Part shown: one piece after another, positions 1 through 10,880 of the stretch
How the letters are laid out: every line of letters begins with the position of its first letter
Position numbering within the stretch: the stretch's first letter is position 1
Source of the DNA: Nitrospirota bacterium
GTDB lineage: Bacteria; Nitrospirota; UBA9217
Direction: 5' to 3'
NCBI GenBank assembly: GCA_963741205.1
Contig: CAVUHW010000015.1
Coordinates: 32,001 to 96,000, forward strand
DNA length: 64,000 nucleotides
Notes under the pieces: model-generated
The model's input: only the letters and a program-made list of their open reading frames with translations
What the model was told of the DNA's origin: nothing
The model's database searches: none
Program-made: the position numbers and the translations under genes

Positions 1-239
1 TATACGGGAAATAGCTTTTCAGTGGTCCAGAAACTAAACGTGGGCAGGGCATGATTATTACATGTTTTACGTACGGATCGCGGTACAGGTAGCGTAGATG
101 TTCAAATTAATTTTTTTGAGAATCGACAGATTTCCATTTATTTCGGATGAATTTCCATTGCCACAGGCATTGAATTACCTTCCTGTCGAAAATGCTGACC
201 AATGTGTATATGGATTATTTAGCGTAGTGCGTTGAAATT

Positions 240-1062
240 TTGAATACTTTTTTGCATATCATTTACCGAATTGTCTTGTTTTTATGTCTCACTGGCTTTA
301 TTTCCACCCTGAAAGCTGGGAATTGTACAGATATTCCCCAAATTTCCGATACAATTCCAAAAACACAGGATACAATACCCAAAACCGGGCCACCAAAAAA
401 GCGCAGCAATATTACCCGGTATTTCAATATCATTACCGATCAGCAGCAGAGGGATTCCCTGTTTCTGCAACTTGGCCGGACCAATGTTCCCGCACCCCCT
501 GCAGACAGCGCCGTTTGGAAATCCAGGGAAAATACATTCAGTGTTTACCGGGGAAAACAAATCCGGTATATCTACTATAACCAGCTGAGAGTTTTTGGAA
601 CAACCATTGAAGACACCGCCGTAGTGCCTTCCAATTTGGTTCGGTTTGCTAACCGGCTTCACTTCGACACCAGGACATGGGTGATACGCCAGTCCCTGTT
701 CTTCAGGGAAGGAGATACGGTGAATGCCTATAAACTGGTTGATAATGAAAGATATCTCCGCAGACTTCCCTTTATCCAGGATGCGCGTATCTATGTGATA
801 AATAGTTTCGAGACGAATGATTCGATCGATATTGTTGTGCTGACTAAAGACGTATTTGAATATGGTGGCACTATTTCCCAGTTCAACAATACACAGGCAT
901 CGGCTACTGTTTTCAATAATAACCTGCTCGGTGCGGGACAAAAAGTAGCCCTGGGATTCAGCTGGGACAATGCTTATAATCCAAAGTGGCGTACCGGGGC
1001 CAGTTATACAAAATATAATGTTGAAGGAACTTTTGCTGATGTCGCTGTGGGTTATACCATGC
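240..1062 (+). CDS. N-terminal fragment of a Bacteroidota-type Omp85/BamA-TamA-like outer membrane protein (signal peptide, POTRA-like region), truncated at a junction
   Basis: Hydrophobic leader, then 'HFDTRTWVIRQSLFFREGDTVNAYKLVDNERYLRRLPFIQDARI' and 'NNLLGAGQKV'. The DNA is visibly AT-richer than downstream, and the homology-like character ends near 1060. Confidence 0.65.
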
Positions 1063-1133
1063 TGAGATTTAAAGATTTTCCTTTGCGTCTTTGCGAGAAA
1101 TGTTCTTGCCATTGTGTGGTTGAGGAAGACACC

Positions 1134-2732
1134 ATGGGATTAAAGGAATACGCATCGAAACGGGAATTCGAGAAAACGCCTGAACCGAAACCGGGCGTTG
1201 AGCCGCAGGGGAACCGTCTCATGTTTGTCGTTCATAAGCATGCAGCCCGGGCCCTTCATTATGATCTCAGGCTTGAGCTGGAAGGGGTGCTGAAGAGCTG
1301 GGCCGTGCCGAGGGGGCCCTCGCTGGACCCTTCCTTGAAAAGGCTGGCCGTCATGGTCGAAGACCACCCGCTTGACTACAAGGATTTTGAGGGCGTCATC
1401 CCGGAGGGCAATTACGGCGCGGGAAGCGTTATCATCTGGGACAAAGGCTTTTATCATCACCCTTCCACGCGGGATGAAAAGGAAAGTGAAAAGCTACTTC
1501 GCGACGGTCTGGAAAAAGGGGATATGAAGTTCGTCCTTGAAGGGGAAAAGCTTCACGGCGAATTCGCGCTGGTAAAAACAAGAAAAGACGGGAAGTCGTG
1601 GCTGCTTCTGAAGAAAAAAGATCGAAACGTTGCCAAGGGGGACGTTCTCAAGGAGAACCGTTCCGTCGTGTCCCATAAGACGTTAGAAGAGCTGCTTGAA
1701 ACTGATGCGCGGAAATCCTTCAAACAAAAAAAAGTAAACCAGATCAGAATCTACGAAGCAGGTGAGGGCGAAGACCTGAAGGATGCGGGCGTTACACCGA
1801 TGCCGCATGATATAAAACCGATGCTCGCAACCCCGGTCGAGGAACCCTTCGATCATCCTGACTGGATCTTCGAGGTGAAGTGGGACGGATACCGGGCTGT
1901 TGCCGAAATCCGGGCTGACGGTGTTTCGCTGTATTCCCGGAACGGGATCTCGTTTAACAAAAAGTTTTCCCCGGTCGTGGACGCGCTTCGAAAATTCGGG
2001 TTTGACACTGTTCTGGACGGCGAAATCGTCGTCGTGGATGACCAGGGCCGCCCTGATTTTGAGGCGCTGCAGCATTACCAGAAATCCGGGAGCGGTCATT
2101 TGCTCTACTACGTTTTCGATCTCCTCTACTTCCGGGGGCATGATCTGACGGGCCTGCCCCTGGTGAGGAGAAAAGAACTCCTGAAAAAAATTCTGCCCGC
2201 TTCCCCGAAGATAAGATTCAGCGATCACGTAGGGAAAGACGGCGTTCTGTTTTATCGCGTCTCCAAAGAAAAGGGACTGGAAGGGATCATCGCCAAGCAT
2301 TCTCAAAGCGTGTACGAGACGGGCAGAAGGAGCCGGCAGTGGCTGAAGGTGAAGACGCGGCTCACGCAGGAGGCCGTGATCGCGGGATTCACGGAGCCGG
2401 GAGGCGGAAGAAAATATTTCGGCGCCCTCGTCCTGGGGCTCTACGAAGGAGACGAGTTGATATACATCGGTCATTCGGGAGGCGGATTTACGGCGAACGA
2501 TTTAAAGGATATCCGCGGGAAATTGGAACCACTGGTCCAAAAAGAATGCCCGTTTACGGTCCAGCCGGAGACCAATGCCCGCGTTACCTGGGTAAAGCCG
2601 GAGCTGGTCTGCGAGGTTACATTGTCCGGTTGGACTGAAGACGCCATCATGAGGCAGCCCACGTTCCTGCGTATGCGCGAGGATAAGGCAGCCCGCGAAG
2701 TGGTGCGGGAAGGCGAGTCATTTCGCAGCTAA
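1134..2732 (+). CDS. ligD: NHEJ DNA ligase D (phosphoesterase + ATP-dependent ligase domains, no polymerase domain)
   Basis: ATG at 1134 after GAGGAAG. PE motif 'VVHKHAARALHYDLRLE...LKSWAVPRGPS'; ligase motifs 'EVKWDGYR', 'LDGEIV', 'EGIIAK', 'WLKVK'. Confidence 0.92.
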   Translation: MGLKEYASKREFEKTPEPKPGVEPQGNRLMFVVHKHAARALHYDLRLELEGVLKSWAVPRGPSLDPSLKRLAVMVEDHPLDYKDFEGVIPEGNYGAGSVIIWDKGFYHHPSTRDEKESEKLLRDGLEKGDMKFVLEGEKLHGEFALVKTRKDGKSWLLLKKKDRNVAKGDVLKENRSVVSHKTLEELLETDARKSFKQKKVNQIRIYEAGEGEDLKDAGVTPMPHDIKPMLATPVEEPFDHPDWIFEVKWDGYRAVAEIRADGVSLYSRNGISFNKKFSPVVDALRKFGFDTVLDGEIVVVDDQGRPDFEALQHYQKSGSGHLLYYVFDLLYFRGHDLTGLPLVRRKELLKKILPASPKIRFSDHVGKDGVLFYRVSKEKGLEGIIAKHSQSVYETGRRSRQWLKVKTRLTQEAVIAGFTEPGGGRKYFGALVLGLYEGDELIYIGHSGGGFTANDLKDIRGKLEPLVQKECPFTVQPETNARVTWVKPELVCEVTLSGWTEDAIMRQPTFLRMREDKAAREVVREGESFRS

Positions 2733-2750
2733 AATGGGCTTCCGCCTCGG

Positions 2751-2870
2751 TGTCATACCTGCGAAAGCAGGTATCCATTGGCTTTTATGACCAACTTCAA
2801 AATGGATTCCTCGATTAAATCGGGCAAGCCCGCTGGAGTTTATCCCGACTCCGTCGGGGCGGGAATGACA
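2751..2870. repeat. REP-like palindromic element (TGTCAT...ATGACA termini, GNATCC/GGATTC cores)
   Basis: tgtcatacctgcgaaagcaggtatccatt ... aatggattcc ... gcgggaatgaca. Related sequences at ~5497-5560 and 39274-39380. Confidence 0.7.
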
Positions 2871-2906
2871 AAAAAGTGTAGATGAAGCGATAGGAGGAAG
2901 CAAATT

Positions 2907-3641
2907 ATGAAAATCCATGTCGGTACAAGCGGGTTTGCACATAAGGAATGGAAGGGAACGTTCTATCCTGAAAAGATCTCACCCAAGGAAATGCTTCGCT
3001 TCTATGCCGAACGCCTCAACACGGTAGAGATCAATAATACCTTTTATCACATGCCCAAAGAGAGCGTGCTCTCGTCCTGGGCGGACCAGGTCCCCGATGA
3101 TTTCGTTTTCGCACTCAAAGCGCCCCAGGTCATAACACATATCAAGCAGCTGCGGAATGTATTCGAGGAGACCGAGTATCTGTTCAAGACGCTGTCAATT
3201 ATGGGCAACAAACTGGGGCCGGTCCTTTTTCAGTTTCCCAAGAGTTTTCGCGCGAACCTGCCCACGCTGCAGGATTTTCTTCCGCTGATACCCGGCACTG
3301 TTTCATGTGCATTCGATTTCCGCAGTCCATCCTGGCTCGATGCTGGAACTCCAAACCTCCTTCGTGAAAAGGGATGCAGCTGGTGCATCGAGGATACTGA
3401 CGAAAACCCGGTGAAGGAGATCATCAGTACGGCGGCCTGGGGGTACCTGCGCCTGCGCCGTTCCGATTACACGGATGCCGATCTGTCACGATGGTTGGAA
3501 AGAATCCTTTCGCAAAAATGGGAAAGGACCTTTGTTTATTTTAAACACGAGGATGAGGCCAAAGGGGCTGAAATGGCGATGCGCTTTCAGGAGCTTATCG
3601 ATGCAAGAACATCAGCTCCCAGAAAAAAGGCTCGATCCTGA
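2907..3641 (+). CDS. DUF72 (YecE) family protein
   Basis: 'IHVGTSGF..KEWKGTFYP', 'TVEINNTFY', 'LGPVLFQFP', 'YLRLR', 'VYFKHE'; RBS AGGAGGA. Confidence 0.92.
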   Translation: MKIHVGTSGFAHKEWKGTFYPEKISPKEMLRFYAERLNTVEINNTFYHMPKESVLSSWADQVPDDFVFALKAPQVITHIKQLRNVFEETEYLFKTLSIMGNKLGPVLFQFPKSFRANLPTLQDFLPLIPGTVSCAFDFRSPSWLDAGTPNLLREKGCSWCIEDTDENPVKEIISTAAWGYLRLRRSDYTDADLSRWLERILSQKWERTFVYFKHEDEAKGAEMAMRFQELIDARTSAPRKKARS

Positions 3642-3653
3642 ATACACCGTTGC

Positions 3654-4121
3654 TCACGGGCAATACAAGCGCGCACGGTAATCATTTCCGGTGACGTAGT
3701 TCTCGAGTGTTTGGATCGTGGAGTCCTGCTCGCAAACGACCGTTTTGACGACGTCGCCGAGGCTCACGAGACCGACGATCACGCCTTTCTCCATGATGGG
3801 CAGATGGCGGATATGGTTAATCGTCATGAGCGCCATGCAATCCCTGATCGTAAGCGCCGGGTCCCCGCAGATCGGCGGAGAGCTCATCAGCTCCCCGACA
3901 GTCGTGCTCTTGGAGGATTTCCCTTTCAAGATTACCTTCCGCGCATAATCCCGCTCCGAGAAAACGCCGGCCAGCCTTCCGTCATCAACGACCAGGAGCG
4001 CCCCGATGTTCTTCTCCGCCATAAACTCCAGGGCCTCATATGCGGTCGCGTTCGGCTTGATGGCGAAGTAGTCGTGTCCCTTCGCGCGCAGCACCTGTTC
4101 GATCGTAATCGTCGAATTCAT
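3654..4121 (-). CDS. CBS-domain pair protein
   Basis: 'IGALLVVDDGRLAGVFSERDYARKV', 'IRHLPI...GLVSLGDVVK'. ATG at 4121 with RBS GGAGGAGG. Confidence 0.92.
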   Translation of the reverse strand: MNSTITIEQVLRAKGHDYFAIKPNATAYEALEFMAEKNIGALLVVDDGRLAGVFSERDYARKVILKGKSSKSTTVGELMSSPPICGDPALTIRDCMALMTINHIRHLPIMEKGVIVGLVSLGDVVKTVVCEQDSTIQTLENYVTGNDYRARLYCP

Positions 4122-4154
4122 GTCTACTACCTCCTCCTTGCACGATGCCTCAAT

Positions 4155-4200
4155 AAAAAAAGCCGGGCATACCGAAGGTTTTTCCTTCGGCAGCTCGGCC
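4155..4200 (-). terminator. Intrinsic terminator forming the riboswitch expression platform
   Basis: GCCGAGCTGCCGAAGG-AAAAA-CCTTCGGTATGCCCGGC-TTTTTTT overlaps the aptamer 3' strand. Confidence 0.8.
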
Positions 4201-4265
4201 ATCTTCTTTCAAGACCCGCGGCGTTCCTTCCCCTTCTCGCGAAAGGGTCGGCTTTGTCGGGAAAT
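4184..4265 (-). ncRNA. GEMM-I (cyclic di-GMP-I class) riboswitch aptamer
   Basis: Minus strand CGACAAAGCCGACCCTTTC-GCGA-GAAGGGGAAGGAACGCCGCGGGTCTT-GAAAG-AAGATGGCCGAGCTGCCGAA follows GEMM-I architecture (P2 with GNRA loop, P3, 3' GCCGA). Confidence 0.8.
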
Positions 4266-4462
4266 ATATTTCGTGAACTATATGATACTCAATACCACCG
4301 CGTCTCTTTCAAGTCAAAGTCTATTTCTAAATGCAGATAGTCTACAGTCATCTGTTGGTACGAAATAAGTAATACCGGAAGATGGGGATAGAGGATGTCC
4401 CGCCGGCCCACGGTGATGGAGATGCGATCAGTGCCGGCTCAATTCTCACAAATAGCGGCATC

Positions 4463-5290
4463 CTACGGCACCGCTGTAGGGTCCCAGGAACTGCGAAAGC
4501 CTTCATCGAGGCTGTCGAGTATTGAAACGTCTTCGGGGGTGAGTTCGAAGTCGAAGATCCGTGCATTCTCCGCGATCCTGTCGGAATGCCTGGACTTGGG
4601 GATAGCGACGACCTCGTGCTGGATCACCCATCGAAGCAGGACTTGCGCGGTCGTGCGGCCGAGCTTCTTTGCGATCGCGGTTATCCGTGGGTCATGGAGC
4701 CGGTTGCCCGCGGTCAGCGGGGCGTAGGCTTCGAGCTGGATCCCGGTTTTTCTGCAGAACTCGAGCAGCTCGCGCTGATAGAGAAAGGGGCTGAACTCGA
4801 CCTGGTTCACGGCCGGGATGGCGCCCGATTGGCCGAGCAGCTCCTGAAGATGCCGAACCGTATAGTTGCTCACCCCGATCGCGCGGACTCTGCCGCCTTC
4901 CAGGATTTTCTCCAATGCGCGCCAGCTCTCTTTGCGAAGGTCGGGGACCGGATAATGGATCAGGTAGAGATCGATGTAGCCGAGGCCCAGGCGCTCGAGG
5001 GAAGCGTCGAAGGCCCGCATCGCGGCGTCATACCCGTGGTCGTCATTCCAGAGTTTCGTTGTGATGAAGACTTCTTCCCGCCGGAGGCCGCTGTCCCGGA
5101 CCGCACCGCCAACATCCTCTTCATTCTTGTAGATGCGGGCTGTGTCCACAAGACGATAACCGGTTTCGAGAGCGGTCTTCACCGCCTCATAGGTCTCCCT
5201 GCCGGGACGCATAAGGTAAACGCCAAGTCCGAGCAGGGGCATGGAGATGCCGGTATTCAGTTTGACGGTCGACTGCAGAGTGAATTGCAT
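4463..5290 (-). CDS. Aldo/keto reductase (DkgA-like)
   Basis: 'GYRLVDTARIYKNE', 'FITTKLW', 'IDLYLIHYP', 'IGVSNY', 'NQVEF', 'IPKS'. Confidence 0.95.
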   Translation of the reverse strand: MQFTLQSTVKLNTGISMPLLGLGVYLMRPGRETYEAVKTALETGYRLVDTARIYKNEEDVGGAVRDSGLRREEVFITTKLWNDDHGYDAAMRAFDASLERLGLGYIDLYLIHYPVPDLRKESWRALEKILEGGRVRAIGVSNYTVRHLQELLGQSGAIPAVNQVEFSPFLYQRELLEFCRKTGIQLEAYAPLTAGNRLHDPRITAIAKKLGRTTAQVLLRWVIQHEVVAIPKSRHSDRIAENARIFDFELTPEDVSILDSLDEGFRSSWDPTAVP

Positions 5291-5432
5291 GCCCCTCCCT
5301 TTTTACCCGTCGCCTTCCTGTATCCCGGGTGAAGAGCTTAATTCCAGTATACCAGTAAGGCAAGGCTTGCATCCGGCATTCCCTGTGAAAATAAAAACTT
5401 GTACTTCAACTCATCTTAAAATTTGAGTCAAG

Positions 5433-5690
5433 TCATGAGTTTAACCCAAAATCAAAGACATTTCAGCGCACAAGGCGCAAACCCGCAGTGGTCAGAGCGG
5501 GAATCCAGTCTTAGTTTTGAAAGAAATTGGATCCCCGGATAGAGGCATTCGGGGATGCCGGTCAGTGGCTATTAACAGCAATTATGAGTCCATTGATAAG
5601 TCAGGCTTTCCTTTGCGCCCTCTGCGTCTTTGCGAGAGATCGCTTTTGATTTTGAATTCATGCTTTATTGGTCTGAGGCGTTGTCTCGTT
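5433..5690. repeat. Composite palindromic element: CGCAAAG-type arms enclosing a GGGAATCC REP-like module
   Basis: caaaatcaaag..gcgcacaaggcgcaaa pairs with tttgcgccctctgcgtctttgcgaga..ttttgattttg. The 3' part recurs at 18527-18582. Confidence 0.65.
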
Positions 5691-5750
5691 AGAATTTCGT
5701 GACACTCTGTTCCGTCATGACCGGTCTTCTTTTGCTAAACTAGAACCATT

Positions 5751-6491
5751 ATGAAGAATCTGCGAAGACAGCTTGCGCTCGGAATTGTCCTGGTCATGCT
5801 TTCAGCACTGATGTATTTTCTCGAGATAAGAATCTTCCACGCCGAGCGCGACACCTTTTTTTACCTGCTCCAGGACCTTGCCTTCGTCCCGATCCAGGTA
5901 CTGCTCGTGACCGTAATCGTCGATCAGGTGCTGCGGCTGCGGGAAAAGGCGGCGATGCTGAACAAACTGAACATGGTTATCGGCACTTTTTTCAGCGAAG
6001 CCGGCACCCGGATGCTCAAGTCGTTCTCAGGTTTCGATCATCATATCGACCGCATCAGGCCGGAACTGCTCGTGAAGGGGGACTGGATCGACCGGCGGTT
6101 TGACCAGGTCATGACGGATCTTAAGCAGTACGATTACGATATCGACGTGCGGAAGAACGACCTGGGAGGGCTTAAGCTCTTCCTGAGCGGGAAACGTGAT
6201 TTTCTCCTGAGGCTTCTGGAAAACCAGAACCTGCTCGAACACGAGACGTTTACGGAATTGCTCTGGGCGATTTTTCACCTGACCGAAGAGCTTGAGGCAA
6301 GGGCCGATCTGGCGAAGCTTTCTGTCGCCGACCAGGAACATCTCGCGATCGACATCAGGAGGGCTTATATAATTCTGATCAGTGAATGGCTCAGCTATAT
6401 GAAGCATCTCAAAAAGGAATATCCGTACCTGTTCTCGCTTGCCGTAAGGACCAATCCGTTTGACGAGCATGCCTCAGCCTCATTTCAATGA
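5751..6491 (+). CDS. Hypothetical protein with two N-terminal TM helices
   Basis: 246-aa ORF with hydrophobic N-terminus; segments 'LLENQNLLEHETFTELLWAIFHLTEEL' and 'YPYLFSLAVRTNPF' look like a conserved family. Confidence 0.75.
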   Translation: MKNLRRQLALGIVLVMLSALMYFLEIRIFHAERDTFFYLLQDLAFVPIQVLLVTVIVDQVLRLREKAAMLNKLNMVIGTFFSEAGTRMLKSFSGFDHHIDRIRPELLVKGDWIDRRFDQVMTDLKQYDYDIDVRKNDLGGLKLFLSGKRDFLLRLLENQNLLEHETFTELLWAIFHLTEELEARADLAKLSVADQEHLAIDIRRAYIILISEWLSYMKHLKKEYPYLFSLAVRTNPFDEHASASFQ

Positions 6492-6539
6492 GGTCGACGG
6501 TACGATCTTGCGAGTCCGGTTTCGAATACCGGGGAGAAA

Positions 6540-9500
6540 TTACCCCTTTCGGTTTCCGGCTGCGTGCTCGAGGACCTGCTGGATGTGAACATCCACCTGC
6601 CGGAGGACCGAAGGCGATACCGCGTAGCCGTCGCTCTCGTAGGTCAGGATGGGCATCCCTTGCCGGATACAGAGGGGTTTCAGGATCGACTCCGAAATCC
6701 GGAACGGGAGACAGTTAAACGGCCCGATGTTGATGATCCCGTCATAGCCATCGGTCTCGGCCTCCAGTCCCCGGCCCACGGTCGGGAGGATTTCGCCGTA
6801 GATTTCCGGCGAAACATGCACGGAGGCCTTCTCAAACAGGGACTCGGCGTTATTGGGGCCGGCCACGAGCAGGCCGGTCTTCCCGAATAACTTCCGGTAG
6901 TCTCCCTCGTACCATCTCTCCAGCTGATAGGCGAGCCAGTTCTGCAGATACTGCTTTCCGTCGCTTGCGAGGACCCTCGTGCAGGCCTTGGCGAATGCAA
7001 GACTGCCGGGCTTCAGGTCCCATCCCTGAGCGGTTTCGGATACCGCGTTATAGAGGTGATAGAGAAGGAGATCGCTCAGATCAACCGGCTTCAGGATAAT
7101 GCCCCGGTCGGTATAAAGGTCGCGTACGCCTTCTATGAAAAAAGGATTGAACCGGGTGAAAAAATCGCCGATCACTACCACCCGCGGGCAGGTCTGCGGT
7201 TTCCGGGTGCGGGGAAGCGTTGCCAGCCGCTCGACGAGGCCGGGCAAATCGACCTGGAACCTGGTCGGGCGAGCTTGTCGCGGCGACGAACTGCTCCCAT
7301 TGCCGCCGAAGCCGGTCCACAGCTGTCTTCGGATCCCACCACACGAAGAACGTGCTCGATCTCCACGACGATGTCCGCTACCAGCAGCGTGAGCGCCGTG
7401 TTTTTTGCGAGGGTCAGCTTGTCGAACCCGAGTTCTACGCTTTTTTCTTTCGGGCTGAACACGAAGATGTCGGGCAGCTGCTGCTCGGCGATGAAACGCT
7501 CGAGGTACCCCATGTAGGAGTCTATCACGCAGGGAGCGCCGCCCTGCAGCATGAAGAACCCGCAGATCTCGCCGGGTTGGCGCTGCTCGTGGATCCTGAG
7601 CAGTTGCCCGACGCAGAGCGGCAGGGGGAGGCACTCCCGTCCCGAAGTGTATTGGAGGCCCCGTTCAAGCTGGCTCCGGTCCAGGGGAAGCGAGTCGCCG
7701 GCATGCAGGCCCGACCAGCGGACAGCCATGGCCAGGGCCTCTGAATGGAATTCGGAGAAGTTGGGAAAGTAGAGCTTTACCCGGGGATCGGTCAGCGGTA
7801 CGCTTTCTCCCCGGGAGCTGATGACGTGGCCGCCGTCGACAAGCCGGCACGGGGAGAACTGATGCGTATTCACGGCCGGCACGGGCTGATAGGTCCGGAT
7901 GATGTCAAGGAACGCCTCGATGCGGGTTTGGACCCCGGCGTCAGCGGTGTGCGCATCGATCTCGAGGGTCAGATACGGAGTGGAGCCCATCTTGGATGCA
8001 ATCAGGGCATGGGTGAACGCATCCACGGTGCAACTGTAATTGCTGACGCACAGGAGGAACAAATTGGGGTGCCGCTTGGCAAGGGCCACGGCGTTCAAGA
8101 CCTGGTTGGAGAAGTACCACGACGTGGGCCCCTCTTCGATCGGCGCCAGGCAATCAGCAGGGATTGCCGTCACGCCCATGCTGGAGAGCTTCTTTCCCAC
8201 CGATTGGGAAGCCTCCGGCGAGTAGGCATTGTAGCTGTGGCCCGCAAGCAGAATCGCGGGCCTCCCTTGCGATATCGCGTGATCCAGCGCCTGCTGCCCA
8301 AGCTCCCGCATGGCGCGCTCCACTCCGGTTTGAGCGTTCTTTGCCGCATCCCATGCTTGCAAGACGCGTTCGCGGCCGACTCCCAGTTCCTCTGTTGCCA
8401 TCTCCACCAGTCCGGAACCGATCTCGTAGCCACGCGTGAAATCCAGGAGCGGAGAGAGAAAACGGACTTCGGGAAATGCCTTGGCCAGGAAATAGGGGCT
8501 GGCCTGAGTGATGGGGCACAAGTAGGAGTCGCGGCACCCCCTGGGTTGCGGCATGCGCGCTATATGGGGCAGAAAGACCAGGTTGACGCCTTGTCGCGCA
8601 AGGTCCAACACCGCCCCGTGCGCTGTTTGCACGGGGAAGCAAAAGCCGGAATAGGATTTCAGCTCGCCGTGCGGGTCCACTTTTGACAACACCACGTCCA
8701 GTCCCAGAGACGAGAAGAAGGTTGAGTAGAGAGGGTAGAGCGAGTAGGTGATCAACGCCCTCGGAATGCCGATGCGCAGCTTACCCTTATCATGCTCACG
8801 GCCTCGTTCGTAAGTGGACGGCTGAGGGGCATCGTGCGTCGGCTCGACCGGCCGGTCCGTGGGCTTTCCAAAGATCAATCCGGCCCGCTGCTCGACCAGG
8901 TCCGGAGCCGCGGAGGTGCGGGCCTTCCTCTTCCATACGCTTTCATACAGGCTGCAGCGGCCGCCGAAAGGAAATTTTCGGCCGGCCACTTCGAAACGGT
9001 CGATGCTGCAGCGCATCGGGCATGCCCCGCAGGTGAAGCGGCCGGGAGACTCCATCTCAGGCGCGGCCAGGGAAAGCAGGTCCGTCGCGGAAGCGAACAG
9101 GCCTTCCGACCGCTCGAGGGCCAGCAGCGCGACACCCAGCGCCCCCATGAGCTCAGGGCTGGGGGGGATGACCACGGTGCGGTCCACGCTCTGAGCAAAG
9201 GCGTGGCCTATCGCGCGGTTCAGGGCAACGCCGCCCTGCAGAAACACCTTCCTGCCCACGACACGCGGTCCCTTGACCTTGGTGAGATAGTTGGCGGCGA
9301 TGGCATGGACCAGCCCGGCAACGATGTTCTCCCGCGACTGACCTTGCTGGAATGCGATGCGAATGTCGGAATTGATGAACGCCGCGCACGTTGCCTTTAA
9401 CTGCACCGGGGAGGGTGCGGCCAGCGCGATCTCGGCGATGTCGTTCACCGAGATGCCGAGGTCGCCTTGCGCGCTCTCTTCCAGAAAGGAGCCCGTGCCG

Positions 9501-10880
9501 GCGGAGCAGGCATTGTTCATCACATAATCGACGGGCACGCCGTTGCGGAGGTAAATATACTTGGAGTCCTGGCCGCCGATCTCGAAGATGGTGTCCACGT
9601 CGGCGTCGAAATGAGTCGCGCCCCTGGCATGGGCCGAGATCTCATTGTACACGTGGGCCGTGCCCGCGTAGGCCCCTACGAGTTCCCGGGCCGAGCCGGT
9701 GGTTGCGACAAGCCCGACCCGGAGGTTTCCGGCCCCCTGCGCAATGGCCCGGAGGCACTCCCGCGTTGCCGCTATGGGATCGCTTCGTGTGCGCGTATAA
9801 TGAGATGCGACCACGCCCTTGCTTGCAGGATCGAGCAGGACTGCCTTTGTCGTTGTCGAACCCGCATCAATGCCGAGGACAAGCGGACCTTCCGGAGGGG
9901 CATGCGGGGAAGGCGAAGCGATGATCCGGACCCGGTCCGCATAGCGAACGAGCGGCGGAAAACTGGCGAGGCTTGGCTGGGGCGAGATCTTCGGCGAGGT
10001 ATGGCGCGGGTCGTCCCGGGTGAGCAGGGCGCACCCCCAAGCCTCGAAGAAGTGACTCTGCGGCGAGACGACGAACTCCGTGGAGGGACGCTTCTCCCGG
10101 AGGGCCGCCAGCATGGCGGCGTTTCGGGACACGCCGCCGATTACGAGCACGCGGCTGAGCGGGCATTGTCCCTTCTCCAGGAGAGAGATCACCTTGTCGG
10201 CCATGCTGTCATGGAGCGTGTGCAGGATGTCCTCGGGGCCCGCCTCTTTCCGGTTGAGCTTGTGAGTGATGTCCGACTTGCAGTGAACCGAGCACCGGCA
10301 TGCCAGCGGCACGACCTTGCCGCGTTGTGAGCACTCGGATCGCTTCCTCGATGCCGAGACCCATCCTGCCGATCTGCTGCACAAAGAACTCACCGCTGCC
10401 GGCGGCGCACTTGTTGTGCGAAAGGACATTGACGATCTTCCCGTCAGACAGGATGTACACCAGGAAGGACTCGCCGCCGAGCGATACGACGGCGTCAAAA
10501 TCGCCCTGCATCTCGGCGAGCGCCCGCTGAATGGCCGCAACTTCGGATATATGGCCCCGGCGGCCGGACACTCCGAAATATCGCGCCTCTCTGAACGTGG
10601 GCCGGGCGAGGATTTCTTCGAGTACTTCCAGGGGACGTCCCTGATGGGTCACAATTTCGGAGTATATCTCATCCCCTTGCAGCACGACCGCCTTTACCGC
10701 AATGGCGCCGATGTTCACGCCCACGAAGGACGATGGGGATAGGCTATTATGCGAGAATGCCTTCTGCTTCACGGGTGGATCGTTTCGTAAGTCTCCCACA
10801 GGTCCTCTCTTGGGATGTGCGACCCATCCGCCTCGGTATGTCCTGGTATTATCGCAGGAGCGTGCTTTCATCTGTTTCAA
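6540..10880 (-). CDS. Fused 2-hydroxyacyl-CoA dehydratase activase (two BadF/BadG/BcrA/BcrD ATPase domains + DUF2229 regions), split by indels; start uncertain
   Basis: 'NKCAAGSGEF', 'GIDAGSTTTK', 'EIGGQDSK', 'NNACSAGTGSF', 'CFPV', 'GRECLP', 'GPFNCLP' spread over three frames, with breaks near 10330 and 7300. Confidence 0.85.

Noticed and set aside
240-2732. 830-aa ORF as a genuine outer-membrane/DNA ligase fusion
   Set aside because: The domains have incompatible localisation, base composition shifts, the linker is repeat-derived, and ligD has its own RBS and ATG.
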